A DNA stretch of 64,000 bases, from positions 234,295 to 298,294 of IMG/VR virus record IMGVR_UViG_3300003310_000099; one strand, given 5' to 3'. The stretch is from a virus (Duplodnaviria; Heunggongvirae; Uroviricota; Caudoviricetes). Positions 47,972-57,261 of this stretch are shown here, in pieces. The position numbers and the translations under genes were made by a program. Position 1 is the first letter of the stretch. The number at the start of each line of letters is the position of its first letter. Below the pieces are notes generated by a model. The model saw only the letters and a program-made list of their open reading frames with translations. It searched no databases and had not been told where the DNA came from.

Positions 47972-48442
47972 ATGATTATCTACGATAAGGTCCAACGATT
48001 CCATCCTGTCACTGGCAAGCCTGTTGAAAAGTGGATTCAAAAAGAAATTCGCTGTGATTACACTGGCCTAGTCCTAGACTACAACGACAATGGACCTGAA
48101 AGCTACTGTACCTATAACCTCAACTACGGCGACAACGATCCGTGCTTCGGGGCAAGTGGTGAAGAATATAAGCTAGGCCAAGATTTTAAGATTGAAGTCT
48201 TCCCCTTCATGAGCCAGGAATACCATTTCTATAGCAATGGTGGTTCCGACCTTAAAGAAGACTATGCGGAATGCCTCATGATGGAAGAAGCAATGAAGAA
48301 TTGCAATGACCCCAAGAGCGAATGGCATCGTTGCTATACTTTTGATGCTGTCTGTCGCCAAGCCCGTGTACGCACGGCTCGTAAACTTATTGAAAGCAAG
48401 GAAATCACCCCTGAACAATTGAATGAACCCTGTTTATATTAA
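47972..48442 (+). CDS. hypothetical protein
   Basis: SD AAGGAG. Confidence 0.7.
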   Translation: MIIYDKVQRFHPVTGKPVEKWIQKEIRCDYTGLVLDYNDNGPESYCTYNLNYGDNDPCFGASGEEYKLGQDFKIEVFPFMSQEYHFYSNGGSDLKEDYAECLMMEEAMKNCNDPKSEWHRCYTFDAVCRQARVRTARKLIESKEITPEQLNEPCLY

Positions 48443-48456
48443 GAGGAACACCGCTA

Positions 48457-48720
48457 ATGCGTGAAGATTTACAGTATGCAATTAATAGGGAATGGTTTGG
48501 TTCGCCCAAAGATTGTGTCCCTAAGTCTGCATTACAACAGATTTTAGATGCCAATAAGCCAAAAAAATATGGTGTACTTGGCAATGTGGAAGGTTTCAAG
48601 GGACAAATAATCCCTTGTGAAACCATCCAAGAGATTAAAACACTGGTTAATGAAGGCTTTAGAATTTATGCAATTTTCAATAAAGAAGAACTGGAACAAG
48701 TAGTCGCCAAACTATGTTAA
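48457..48720 (+). CDS. hypothetical protein
   Basis: ORF. Confidence 0.6.
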   Translation: MREDLQYAINREWFGSPKDCVPKSALQQILDANKPKKYGVLGNVEGFKGQIIPCETIQEIKTLVNEGFRIYAIFNKEELEQVVAKLC

Positions 48721-48723
48721 AGC

Positions 48724-49455
48724 ATGGATTACTTATCAATCTGTGCAATTTTCAAACAAGAAAATCCATTCCTTAAAGAATGGCTCGATTACTACGCAAC
48801 AAAGGTAGATTCATTCTACCTTTGTTGCAATGACGAAGACGACGAAGAAGCCAAAAATATCATTAAACCCTATAATGTTCACTATTATCATAAGATTGGT
48901 GAAGAATTACAGATGGGGTTTTACAATGAGGTCTTAAAAGAGGCTAAATCCAGGTGGATAGCATTCATCGACCTGGATGAATTCATAGTTAATATAGACA
49001 ACCTACCAGCTTACGAGCAATACGGTGGTTTGGTATTAAATATGATTTGCTTCGGAGCTAATGGATTAATTGAATTCCCAATATCTCAGACTCAACAACT
49101 CACAAAGCGTCTGCCCGACTATTGCGGTTGGCCAGGGCATTCGTTTATTAAAAGTATCGTAAACCCTGATAAGGTATTGAGATACGGCAATCAGCCTCAC
49201 GCACCTATTTACAAGGATTCATTTGCGGTTAATACCAAGCATGAGATTGTGACGGGGCATTTCACTACGCCAGAAGTATCGGAGATAATGAGGATCAATC
49301 ATTATTATACTCGGAGCAGGAAGTGGTGGGAGATTAAGATGAATCGGGGTCATGCGGACAACAAGAATAATAAATACTACTGGCATGATTTCCTGACTAT
49401 CGAAAAGAACGCTACGGTAGACGATTATACCTTAGCTGTACCGAGTAGTCCATGA
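48724..49455 (+). CDS. glycosyltransferase, GT-A fold (GT92/GT2-like)
   Basis: LSICAIFKQE, EWLDY, FIDLDEF, KSIV, INHYYTRS. Confidence 0.85.
   Translation: MDYLSICAIFKQENPFLKEWLDYYATKVDSFYLCCNDEDDEEAKNIIKPYNVHYYHKIGEELQMGFYNEVLKEAKSRWIAFIDLDEFIVNIDNLPAYEQYGGLVLNMICFGANGLIEFPISQTQQLTKRLPDYCGWPGHSFIKSIVNPDKVLRYGNQPHAPIYKDSFAVNTKHEIVTGHFTTPEVSEIMRINHYYTRSRKWWEIKMNRGHADNKNNKYYWHDFLTIEKNATVDDYTLAVPSSP
49431..49446 (+). promoter_or_regulatory. element copy 19 (ATG at +21)
   Basis: exact core. Confidence 0.85.
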
Positions 49456-49844
49456 ACAACACTCTTTATGAAGTCACCGATGCTTTCTTGGAAGACTATT
49501 CTCTCCCTTACCATATTAACAATGGTAGTTGTGAAGAATGGGCCAATGAAGTTTTTGACAAGCTAAAAGACACTGACCATCAGGTTGAAATTTGGGCAAC
49601 TCCGTTTGGATTTGCTGACACTACGCACGTTTTTCTGCGTATTGACGGCAAGTTCTATGATGCTGAATGCCTTTCAGGTGTCGAAGACCACATGGATTTG
49701 CCTCTGTTTAAGAATTTAATGCCGAAACGTCAGTCTGTTTGGCTGGAAGATCATAATGGCCGCAAGCCCATTGTTGAAAACAAACGGGACATGACTGATG
49801 AAGCAGTGGCAGAATATCGAAAAGAAAATGGAATTACATGGTAA
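49452..49844 (+). CDS. putative papain/transglutaminase-like Cys-His-Asp protein
   Basis: NGSCEEWA, HVFL, YDAE. Confidence 0.55.
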   Translation: MNNTLYEVTDAFLEDYSLPYHINNGSCEEWANEVFDKLKDTDHQVEIWATPFGFADTTHVFLRIDGKFYDAECLSGVEDHMDLPLFKNLMPKRQSVWLEDHNGRKPIVENKRDMTDEAVAEYRKENGITW

Positions 49845-50053
49845 TTAAAGCTAAAGACCTAAAAGTAGGCAACAAGGTGGTGGTACATGAATTTGGCCAC
49901 CGTCATGTTTATGAGTTAATTACGGTTAAGGAATATCCTAAATTGCCTGTGGGCGGTTCTGGATTCATTGCAGTTAGCACAAATGAATGGCAATGGGGTG
50001 TTCCTGGGCTGGGCGGCAATCTTGACTTGGACGAAGAAATAGAGATTGAATAA
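49838..50053 (+). CDS. hypothetical protein
   Basis: KAKDLKVG. Confidence 0.6.
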   Translation: MVIKAKDLKVGNKVVVHEFGHRHVYELITVKEYPKLPVGGSGFIAVSTNEWQWGVPGLGGNLDLDEEIEIE

Positions 50054-50361
50054 TGACAACACTATACACTTTGGTTAAAATTCATGGTGGTAAGGAAACA
50101 GTCTATATGACTGATGTTCTTCCCAAGGTGAAAGCTCGTAAGAAAGCTCTGGAGCAGAGTCAGAGGGGTCAGCGACCTAACTACTCCATTCGGCCAGCAC
50201 TACCAGAAGAATTGAAGTATCGGCGTCCACCGAGTTTCAACTTCGATCCTAGTGGGGATGCAGGTAGTGATAAATACATGCGGCGGAAGGCTGGAGCTAA
50301 AAGGATTAAGCAGAAGAATCCCCGTAACAGAATCAAACCTGAATCGGAGTCACAACCATGA
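50053..50361 (+). CDS. basic hypothetical protein
   Basis: coupled ORF. Confidence 0.6.
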   Translation: MTTLYTLVKIHGGKETVYMTDVLPKVKARKKALEQSQRGQRPNYSIRPALPEELKYRRPPSFNFDPSGDAGSDKYMRRKAGAKRIKQKNPRNRIKPESESQP

Positions 50362-50558
50362 TTTACGAATTGGTTGTATACTGTGGTTCAACCAAAGTGT
50401 TTCGTGTGCTAAATCTGTTTACAGGCACCGTCTACTCCAATACTTATGATACCTTTGAGCAGGCTTCTGCCTCCATTGAAGATGGTGTAATTCGGGCAGG
50501 CAAGGTAGTTAAACGTACTACCTTGGAAGAAATCAATTGGAAATTGGAGATATCATGA
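50358..50558 (+). CDS. hypothetical protein
   Basis: coupled ORF. Confidence 0.6.
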   Translation: MIYELVVYCGSTKVFRVLNLFTGTVYSNTYDTFEQASASIEDGVIRAGKVVKRTTLEEINWKLEIS

Positions 50559-50944
50559 TTCACTATTGTATTCAGGCTGGAACGGTCAATCGGTATTTCG
50601 ACCGTCATGACAATGACCTTTACCAATTACAAATTGGGTCTGTGAAGATTGATATTGATAAGGAAAAAGCGGAGAAGTTAGTTGTGGAGAGTTTGCCAGA
50701 AGATCAATTAGTCTGGCATATTAACCCTAAGAAGGGTGAAATCTTTTTCAATGAACTTTATCCTGAATGGTCATTAGTGCCGCATCCGATTAGCTGGGTT
50801 GCAGGCAACATCTATTATTCAAGCAAGAAAACGGCCATTACTGCACTGCGTCAGTATATTCAGCGTGAAATGAATAAGTTGGCAATGAATACGCAGGCTC
50901 AACTGAATGTCATGGGTGTTCTGCGAGATAGCTTAGGAGAATGA
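50555..50944 (+). CDS. hypothetical protein
   Basis: coupled ORF. Confidence 0.65.
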   Translation: MIHYCIQAGTVNRYFDRHDNDLYQLQIGSVKIDIDKEKAEKLVVESLPEDQLVWHINPKKGEIFFNELYPEWSLVPHPISWVAGNIYYSSKKTAITALRQYIQREMNKLAMNTQAQLNVMGVLRDSLGE

Positions 50945-51118
50945 TAATGAACCGTATTGTAAATGCAATCGCAAATGCCACTATTCCAGTTTCTTTTGAG
51001 ATTTGGGTTATTCGTAACCTAATTATAACGGCATGTGCGGTTCTCTGCATCTGTCTAAATGCAGATAGATCAATCTTTGTGGCAATGGGTGTACTCGCAA
51101 TCATCATTGCCTGGAAAG

Positions 51119-51134
51119 CTTAGCTGTACCGAGT
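51119..51134 (+). promoter_or_regulatory. element copy 20 (ATG at +21)
   Basis: exact core. Confidence 0.85.
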
Positions 51135-51139
51135 AGTCC

Positions 51140-51409
51140 ATGATTAACCAGAAAGTACAAGCCACTGTTTGGTACTACGTTCCTAACATCTATGGCGATG
51201 ACGTAGACAAAGACTTCCTTGGCGATATCATTGGCACTGTTGAATCAATTGCTCCCTACAACCCGAACATTCTGCGAATCAGGGTTGAGAAATTCAGACC
51301 GAATTTCATCAATGCTGATTGGACTGATGATCTGAGTCCTATTAAATTTGCGTGCCATTACAAAGATGGCTACCTGGAGGAATGGGATTACAATGCGCAG
51401 CGAGTATGA
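51140..51409 (+). CDS. hypothetical protein (leaderless)
   Basis: ATG at +21. Confidence 0.65.
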   Translation: MINQKVQATVWYYVPNIYGDDVDKDFLGDIIGTVESIAPYNPNILRIRVEKFRPNFINADWTDDLSPIKFACHYKDGYLEEWDYNAQRV

Positions 51410-51587
51410 AATTCTGAATGATTTGAAGCGTGTTGAATGCGAATTGTCGCCAGAAAACCTGACCTGTGATGGTGAATTGCCGCCAAGTGCCTATACTATT
51501 AGGGCAAATGAACTCTACAAAGAGCGTGCCAAGTTGGTGAGGGAACTAGGCCGAGAACCTACGGGCAAGGAACTTTGGGGGTATTAA
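51393..51587 (+). CDS. hypothetical phage protein
   Basis: LSPENLTCDGEL. Confidence 0.65.
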   Translation: MRSEYEILNDLKRVECELSPENLTCDGELPPSAYTIRANELYKERAKLVRELGREPTGKELWGY

Positions 51588-51872
51588 ATGTACATTATCC
51601 GAGTCTTTACAGGCGATGAAACCCTCACCTATAACTTCCAGAACACTTCTTGGGGTAAAGGTGGCGACGATGCACTAGGAATTGTTGTATTCCTGGGGGC
51701 GTTCAAGAAATACTACGAGAATCATAGACAACCCGCATCGGTTCGTATTATGAACGATAATGGGCTATTCTATAACCCTAAACTGAACAAGTACGTCCAT
51801 ACGGATAATTGGAAAGAAATCTCCATTCCGTTGAATGACGCCGCAGAAAAAGAGCTTAGCTGTACCGAGTGA
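51588..51872 (+). CDS. hypothetical protein ending in LSCTE
   Basis: ORF. Confidence 0.6.
   Translation: MYIIRVFTGDETLTYNFQNTSWGKGGDDALGIVVFLGAFKKYYENHRQPASVRIMNDNGLFYNPKLNKYVHTDNWKEISIPLNDAAEKELSCTE
51855..51870 (+). promoter_or_regulatory. element copy 21 (ATG at +21)
   Basis: exact core. Confidence 0.85.
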
Positions 51873-51875
51873 CTT

Positions 51876-52541
51876 ATGCACTACAAAATCCTAATTGACG
51901 AACAGAAGTTTGATACTTTCTTCAACTTTCTTCCCGAACTGGAGAAGGATGAAGTTTACTATCTTTCTCTGTTTGGTCGGCATAAGTATGCTCAGTCTAT
52001 GCCGAATCTGAGAGACAATCAGCTTGTTCGCTTCACTTCCTCCAAGGAAAACTTGAAGGAAAAAATCTTGAGGCTCCAATGCTCCATTGGTGGCTACAAA
52101 CGCGATGGCGTCGATGTTCCTCAAGAAGCCTTGGCTCTGTATATTGCGGTTAATCCCCGTAATAAGATCAAGGCGAACAAGGAATTGCTCGTTGAATTAG
52201 CCAAGTGCTTTGCGGATGGTAAGTCTGACTTTAATCCGCTCTCTTTGGCTAACACCGCAATTCATCAAGCTACCAATCGCAAGGTCTTTGTCGATTTTGA
52301 TTATGATAACATTGAGCCGCAAACTCATTTGAGCAAAATCAATGAAGTGCTGCCCAATAATGCTTACAAAATCCTCAAAACCCGTGGTGGTTTCCATCTG
52401 CTGGTTTTGATTGACAAAGCACCTAAGTCTCAGTGGTTCAAGGCTTTAGCAGCTTTGGAAGGCTGCGACGTTAAGGGCAGTAATACCATGATTCCTGTCC
52501 CTGGTTGTACTCAAGGTGGCTTCTGCCCTTACATTCAGTGA
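51876..52541 (+). CDS. putative AEP/prim-pol-like protein
   Basis: VFVDFD, KTRGGFH, distal D. Confidence 0.5.
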   Translation: MHYKILIDEQKFDTFFNFLPELEKDEVYYLSLFGRHKYAQSMPNLRDNQLVRFTSSKENLKEKILRLQCSIGGYKRDGVDVPQEALALYIAVNPRNKIKANKELLVELAKCFADGKSDFNPLSLANTAIHQATNRKVFVDFDYDNIEPQTHLSKINEVLPNNAYKILKTRGGFHLLVLIDKAPKSQWFKALAALEGCDVKGSNTMIPVPGCTQGGFCPYIQ

Positions 52542-52553
52542 GGAAACTTCTCT

Positions 52554-52745
52554 ATGAACGAAGTTGAAAAACTGGTTGAGAACTTAAAGCCGCACATTCT
52601 TAATCACGAAGGCAAGGAATGCGAATGTTGGGTTAATGTAGGCGGCAAGACATACCGTTTAACAGGCGGCGTCTCCACTTATGGTAACTTGGTGGTGTTG
52701 TTCGCCACCGAGACTGGTAAGCCTACTTTTTGCAGCATGGTCTAA
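52554..52745 (+). CDS. hypothetical protein
   Basis: ORF. Confidence 0.55.
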   Translation: MNEVEKLVENLKPHILNHEGKECECWVNVGGKTYRLTGGVSTYGNLVVLFATETGKPTFCSMV

Positions 52746-52755
52746 AGGTGTTCAA

Positions 52756-52989
52756 ATGGCAAAGCTAATCTTTCTCGAAGACATTGAACTTGAAATTGTT
52801 GAATCTTATGATGAAGACGACGATTCGTATGAATCGGTTGATGAAGTCTTCCATAAGGGTGAAGAAATCGAAGACGTGGATATCATGGATAAACACGATG
52901 ATTTCTTCAACGTGCAATTTGGGGATGGCTCTGTTGCCTTCGGCGTCCCTTACGTTGCCGTTAAGATAGAGGATGATAATGAAGAGTAA
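52756..52989 (+). CDS. very acidic small protein
   Basis: Asp/Glu-rich. Confidence 0.65.
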   Translation: MAKLIFLEDIELEIVESYDEDDDSYESVDEVFHKGEEIEDVDIMDKHDDFFNVQFGDGSVAFGVPYVAVKIEDDNEE

Positions 52990-53290
52990 GAAGCAGACAC
53001 AGAAGGAACATGCCAAACGGCGCTTTGCCGAAAGGCTGAATCTCAAATACAGTCAATATATTAACGATATGCTTTTGCACATGATCCATTCCAATCGTGC
53101 AAAAGTCGTTAAAAAGCAATCTAATCGGGTTTCAGTCTATGAAGTGACCTTTACTCCTAGACTGCAAGATAGTCTCGATGGCATTGTCAGCGAAGTGACT
53201 GTGCATATTGTATACGATAAATTCAGAAAAACCATTGTGACAGTCTCTGAACCTGGGTCTGCTTTCGATAGCGAATTGGAGGATGTTTAA
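52973..53290 (+). CDS. hypothetical protein, possible RelE-like fold
   Basis: HAKRRFAER...IVYD..TIVTV. Confidence 0.55.
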   Translation: MIMKSKKQTQKEHAKRRFAERLNLKYSQYINDMLLHMIHSNRAKVVKKQSNRVSVYEVTFTPRLQDSLDGIVSEVTVHIVYDKFRKTIVTVSEPGSAFDSELEDV

Positions 53291-53595
53291 TGGACATGGA
53301 CAAATTGTTCCTTGCTCAGACTATTCGCCATCTTCATGAAGCCTATGATAAGATGGGCGAGGCTCTGAAAGGTGCGCAGGCCGCAAAGAATGAAAAGCTT
53401 TTTGGCCTCATTTACCAGAAGCAATGGGAAATTGCGGAATTGGCGGCTACACTGATTGCTGAAACTAGACAACCGCAAATTGAATGCGATGATTGTGGTC
53501 ATAAGAATAATGACCTGATTACCAAGGGCGATCATCACGGCGGGCAAAAGACCGTTTGTCGTGATCGTAACCTATGTCACTCCAGGGGCGGATAG
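53290..53595 (+). CDS. hypothetical protein
   Basis: stop abuts element. Confidence 0.6.
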   Translation: MDMDKLFLAQTIRHLHEAYDKMGEALKGAQAAKNEKLFGLIYQKQWEIAELAATLIAETRQPQIECDDCGHKNNDLITKGDHHGGQKTVCRDRNLCHSRGG

Positions 53596-53611
53596 CTTAG
53601 CTGTACCAAGT
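53596..53611 (+). promoter_or_regulatory. element copy 22
   Basis: exact core. Confidence 0.8.
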
Positions 53612-53631
53612 ATAACTCAAGGAGCTAATAA

Positions 53632-54009
53632 ATGCACTCCGAAGAAGCCAAAGATGCCGCCCGTAAAATTGGTTTGTTCTACCTGGAAAAGAACAACAAC
53701 AATTATGAAGCAACGGAGCAGGAGATTAACAAACTCCGTATTACCAAGGTGGACGTGACCGATAATAAGGTCATTATCATCACCGAACGCCCTGGATTAC
53801 TCATTGGCAAGCGTGGTGAGAACATTGACAAGCTTACCGAAGCACTCGGTATGAATGTCCATATTATTGAGGAATTTGATCCGCTGTCTGCTTACCTAAT
53901 CCCTTACGATTACAGTGAGTATGAGCGTGAATTAGAAGATCGTTATTACGATAGTCTTGAGGAATCGGTGAAAGACCCTTATTATATGGATGAACTCAAT
54001 GATTATTAA
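53632..54009 (+). CDS. type II KH-domain protein resembling ribosomal protein S3 N-domain
   Basis: IITERPGLLIGKRGENIDKL. Confidence 0.8.
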   Translation: MHSEEAKDAARKIGLFYLEKNNNNYEATEQEINKLRITKVDVTDNKVIIITERPGLLIGKRGENIDKLTEALGMNVHIIEEFDPLSAYLIPYDYSEYERELEDRYYDSLEESVKDPYYMDELNDY

Positions 54010-54232
54010 ACAAGAATATCAGCAGACATATTCCATGAATGGCATACAGTGGTTGCCATGTGGCGCGCAAATTGCACGCTTCCAGCCAAGAGATTTCGTC
54101 TGGACCGCTGAATCACTTGAAATGTTCACAAAACTGTTTTGTGCATTCTATCCTTACAATTTGTACGAACCACTGCCGCTCTTATTGTGGCTCGCTTTGG
54201 TGCGTAGAGCAAATCTTAGCTGATTCAAAGAG

Positions 54233-54430
54233 GTGAAAATGTCAATTTTTTGGCAAGAAACCAAGGTTCCTGATGGCGTCTATGGTGGCATCCAAAGTGG
54301 TTATGAAGTCGAAATCCTGGTCAATGATAAAAGGGTGAGGTTCCATACCGAACGTGGACTAAGGGGAATAAATATCCCTGTGACCGTGACCATTAAGGAT
54401 GGAGACTTAATCCGACTCGACAAACCTTAG
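54233..54430 (+). CDS. hypothetical protein
   Basis: stop within element. Confidence 0.6.
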   Translation: MKMSIFWQETKVPDGVYGGIQSGYEVEILVNDKRVRFHTERGLRGINIPVTVTIKDGDLIRLDKP

Positions 54431-54441
54431 CTGTACCAAGT
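54426..54441 (+). promoter_or_regulatory. element copy 23
   Basis: exact core. Confidence 0.8.
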
Positions 54442-54601
54442 GATTCAAAGGGGTACAAAGTGAAAGAGATTACACTCGAAATCACCATTGAAAAGTCTCA
54501 ATGGGTTGAAACAAATGCTCTTATTCGGCGGATTCAAAAGGAACTTGAATGGCCGCTTGCAACTGGTGGCTGTTCTATCGTCTCTATTCAGGAGAAACAA
54601 C

Positions 54602-54988
54602 ATGCTGGTTTGGAAAAAGATTCTGTGGCTCCGTGAACGAGTCCGTGAACAGCAGAAGTGGATTGACCGTTGTGGCGGCAATCTTACAGGCTACATTGAA
54701 TACTATGGCGACCCTGGCGTACCTCCGTTGAAGGACGGCAAGACGCACATTCTCACTGTGCCTGAGAATAAGCAGCATTTTATTGAGAATACCCATAAGC
54801 GTGTTCCTGGGACTACTGACCAGTTTTACGCTAACCATTACGGCGACGGTGGCACCAAGATTTATGAGGCAGATTATAACCGTCTCATGCAGTGGAAACA
54901 GGAATTGAGTAAGCTTGAATCTAAAAATCCTTCTGCCAAGATGAAAGCGGATGCCAAGCTCTTGGCTATTATGGATGGTTATGTATGA
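54602..54988 (+). CDS. hypothetical phage protein
   Basis: SD AGGAG; QQKWIDRCGG..GY..IYEAD. Confidence 0.7.
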   Translation: MLVWKKILWLRERVREQQKWIDRCGGNLTGYIEYYGDPGVPPLKDGKTHILTVPENKQHFIENTHKRVPGTTDQFYANHYGDGGTKIYEADYNRLMQWKQELSKLESKNPSAKMKADAKLLAIMDGYV

Positions 54989-55287
54989 GCGAAATCAGAC
55001 TGTGGCTTGATGATGTGCGTGAAATGCCCCCAAGATATACACATTGGGCCAAAACCGCACGCCAAGCCATTGAACTTCTCGAAACTGGAGAAGTCACTGA
55101 ATGTTCACTTGACCATGATTTAGGCAATCAGGTTGAAACAGGCTATGACGTTGCTAAATGGATTGAGGAACATGCCCACAATGGCACACTTCCCATCATC
55201 CGTTGCAAAGTTCATAGCCAAAATGCCGTAGGTGCAAAGAATATCAAAATGGCTTTGCAAAGTGCCTATAGAGCATGGGGAATATGA
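54985..55287 (+). CDS. cyclic-phosphate-processing receiver domain protein
   Basis: LWLDDVR, SLDHDLG, TGYD, VHSQN. Confidence 0.8.
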   Translation: MSEIRLWLDDVREMPPRYTHWAKTARQAIELLETGEVTECSLDHDLGNQVETGYDVAKWIEEHAHNGTLPIIRCKVHSQNAVGAKNIKMALQSAYRAWGI

Positions 55288-55577
55288 TTAAACTTAAAAT
55301 GGAAAAAGACCTGACGCTCACCATCAAGGGCGTCAACTATGATGAAATGCGGTCCATTCTCACCGCCGCCAGTATTCAGCACTATGAATCTGAAAAGGAA
55401 ATTGATGCCAAAGTTCCTACTTCCAAGGAAGATTGGCTAATTGAAGTAGAAAAGGAAAATATCGCTGACGAAAAAGAGTGGGCTAAAGAACAGCGAACCA
55501 TCATTGACTCCCTATTAAGGATGATTGGCGATGAAATCAACCGACACAATAAAAAGCGAAGTAGACGCCGAAATTGA
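55284..55577 (+). CDS. hypothetical protein
   Basis: coupled ORF. Confidence 0.6.
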   Translation: MIKLKMEKDLTLTIKGVNYDEMRSILTAASIQHYESEKEIDAKVPTSKEDWLIEVEKENIADEKEWAKEQRTIIDSLLRMIGDEINRHNKKRSRRRN

Positions 55578-55764
55578 ACTCATTGATTTCCTTACATTCG
55601 ATGAACTACTTGGAAAGTTAAAGGAACACGCCAAGGAAATTCATCCAGATAAGGAATTCATACCCTTTTGGCGTCTACTTCTCCGTGGCAACGAGTTAGT
55701 GATTCGTGCAACCGTAAGCGATGGCAAGGTTGGTCCTCAAGAGCCAGTAGAGTTAGTCCGAAAC

Positions 55765-55780
55765 CTTAGCTGTACCGAGT
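55765..55780 (+). promoter_or_regulatory. element copy 24 (ATG at +21)
   Basis: exact core. Confidence 0.85.
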
Positions 55781-55785
55781 AATCC

Positions 55786-55965
55786 ATGAACACTTGCACT
55801 GGCAGCGGAAAGCTAAGCTCTGTATCAGACTTTAACGTGCTTACCAAGCACGCTAATTGTCCTGTCTGTCACCAAAAGGTACGCATCACTATACCTGATA
55901 GGAAGATGCACGCTAATCGTGCAAAATTCGCAAAGCATAGGAGGGACAATGGACGCGACAATTAA
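55786..55965 (+). CDS. 59-aa zinc-binding protein (leaderless; not in ORF track)
   Basis: CTGSG..CPVC..KH. Confidence 0.65.
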   Translation: MNTCTGSGKLSSVSDFNVLTKHANCPVCHQKVRITIPDRKMHANRAKFAKHRRDNGRDN

Positions 55966-56164
55966 CCTGGAAAAGCGTAAGCTAACTGTAGGCCAAATGG
56001 CTGAACTGTGGTCCGAAATTGATGATTGTGGCTACAAGCTGCGTAATCTGAACATTCAGACTCAGAATTCAGGGGAATTCTACAAGATCGTGGACCGTCT
56101 AGTTGAATTGCAAAAGAAACTCAAGTGGCATGAAGTGGCCGAAAAGCTTAGCTGTACGGAGTAA
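55949..56164 (+). CDS. hypothetical protein ending in LSCTE
   Basis: SD AGGAGG. Confidence 0.65.
   Translation: MDATINLEKRKLTVGQMAELWSEIDDCGYKLRNLNIQTQNSGEFYKIVDRLVELQKKLKWHEVAEKLSCTE
56147..56162 (+). promoter_or_regulatory. element copy 25 (ATG at +21)
   Basis: CTTAGCTGTACGGAGT. Confidence 0.85.
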
Positions 56165-56167
56165 AGC

Positions 56168-56629
56168 ATGAACACTTACGAAGTCACTCCTATCGCCCGT
56201 GAACTCATGAATCAGCATGGCCTTGGCCACTGGACCTTCCAGTATGATCGGGCCAAACGTCGTGCAGGTTTGTGCCAACATCGTCGGCAGACTATCTCCC
56301 TCAGTGTGAATTACGTTCATCGTAATGACATTGTGGATATCAAGGACACCATTCTTCACGAAATCGCCCATGCTCTGGTTGGCCCTGGTCATGGCCATAA
56401 TAATGTCTGGAGAGCGATGTGCGTCAAGATTGGTGCAAAGCCTCAACGGTGCTGCGGTGAGCATGTCGATATGCCCAAGGGACGTTGGCAGGCTCTTTGT
56501 CGTGGTTGTGGTAAAACCTTCCACAAGCATCGTCGTCCCAAGTATATGACTGGAACTCATTGCCGTAAGTGTGGGCCAGTCTTGGGCGCTCTGGTTTGGG
56601 GTGGTGGATATGTCGAAATACAGGGGTAG
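56168..56629 (+). CDS. SprT-like zinc metalloprotease
   Basis: RRAGLC, HEIAH, GH..W, C-terminal zinc ribbon. Confidence 0.85.
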   Translation: MNTYEVTPIARELMNQHGLGHWTFQYDRAKRRAGLCQHRRQTISLSVNYVHRNDIVDIKDTILHEIAHALVGPGHGHNNVWRAMCVKIGAKPQRCCGEHVDMPKGRWQALCRGCGKTFHKHRRPKYMTGTHCRKCGPVLGALVWGGGYVEIQG

Positions 56630-56642
56630 GCGGTGCTTAGCC

Positions 56643-56688
56643 GAGCAACTAGAGGGGCATAATGTTCTCTAGTTGCCTCGCCCCTTTA
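56643..56688 (+). terminator. hairpin/terminator
   Basis: GCAACTAGAG / CTCTAGTTGC inverted repeat. Confidence 0.55.
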
Positions 56689-56690
56689 AC

Positions 56691-56706
56691 CTTAGCTGTA
56701 CCGAGT
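56691..56706 (+). promoter_or_regulatory. element copy 26 (ATG at +21)
   Basis: exact core. Confidence 0.85.
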
Positions 56707-56711
56707 AAACT

Positions 56712-56930
56712 ATGAAACTAAATGAAAATCAACTAAACAGCCTACGCCGTAATATCGAAAAGGATATTGCAGACGCTACTGGACTTGAAATTGATAACGT
56801 CGAACAACGATGGGACCACTATCGAGCATGGTTCTCCTATGAGAACCGCAACGATAAGCTGATTCGTGGTTACATTGATTTTAAGGCCCATTTCTGTGAG
56901 AATAACCTGGAAGATTTTACTGAGGTGTAA
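56712..56930 (+). CDS. hypothetical protein (leaderless)
   Basis: ATG at +21. Confidence 0.65.
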   Translation: MKLNENQLNSLRRNIEKDIADATGLEIDNVEQRWDHYRAWFSYENRNDKLIRGYIDFKAHFCENNLEDFTEV

Positions 56931-57261
56931 AAGTGGATGAACGCCCTCACATGGTTCAAGTAATTCGCAATCAGCATCAAGGCAATACAGCAATTCTGCT
57001 TGCTTTGAATGAATTAGAATTTCATCTGTGCAGACATTACACGGAAATTCTAATTCAAAAGGAAAAAGAGTTTAATAAAGCACTCGAAATGAGGCAAACT
57101 AATGCACTTCAATGTAATCAATGATGAATACAAGGAAGAAGTTAGGGTTGCTGTTCACGATGATGAATGGAATCCTATTGAATTCTTCCGTTTTCATTCA
57201 GGGCATCCTTTGATTGGGAAGTCTGATGAACGAATCATCGCCTATTGTATGGAGAAACTCA

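Noticed and set aside
53632-54009. Calling the KH protein rpsC
   Set aside because: Lacks the uS3 C-terminal domain
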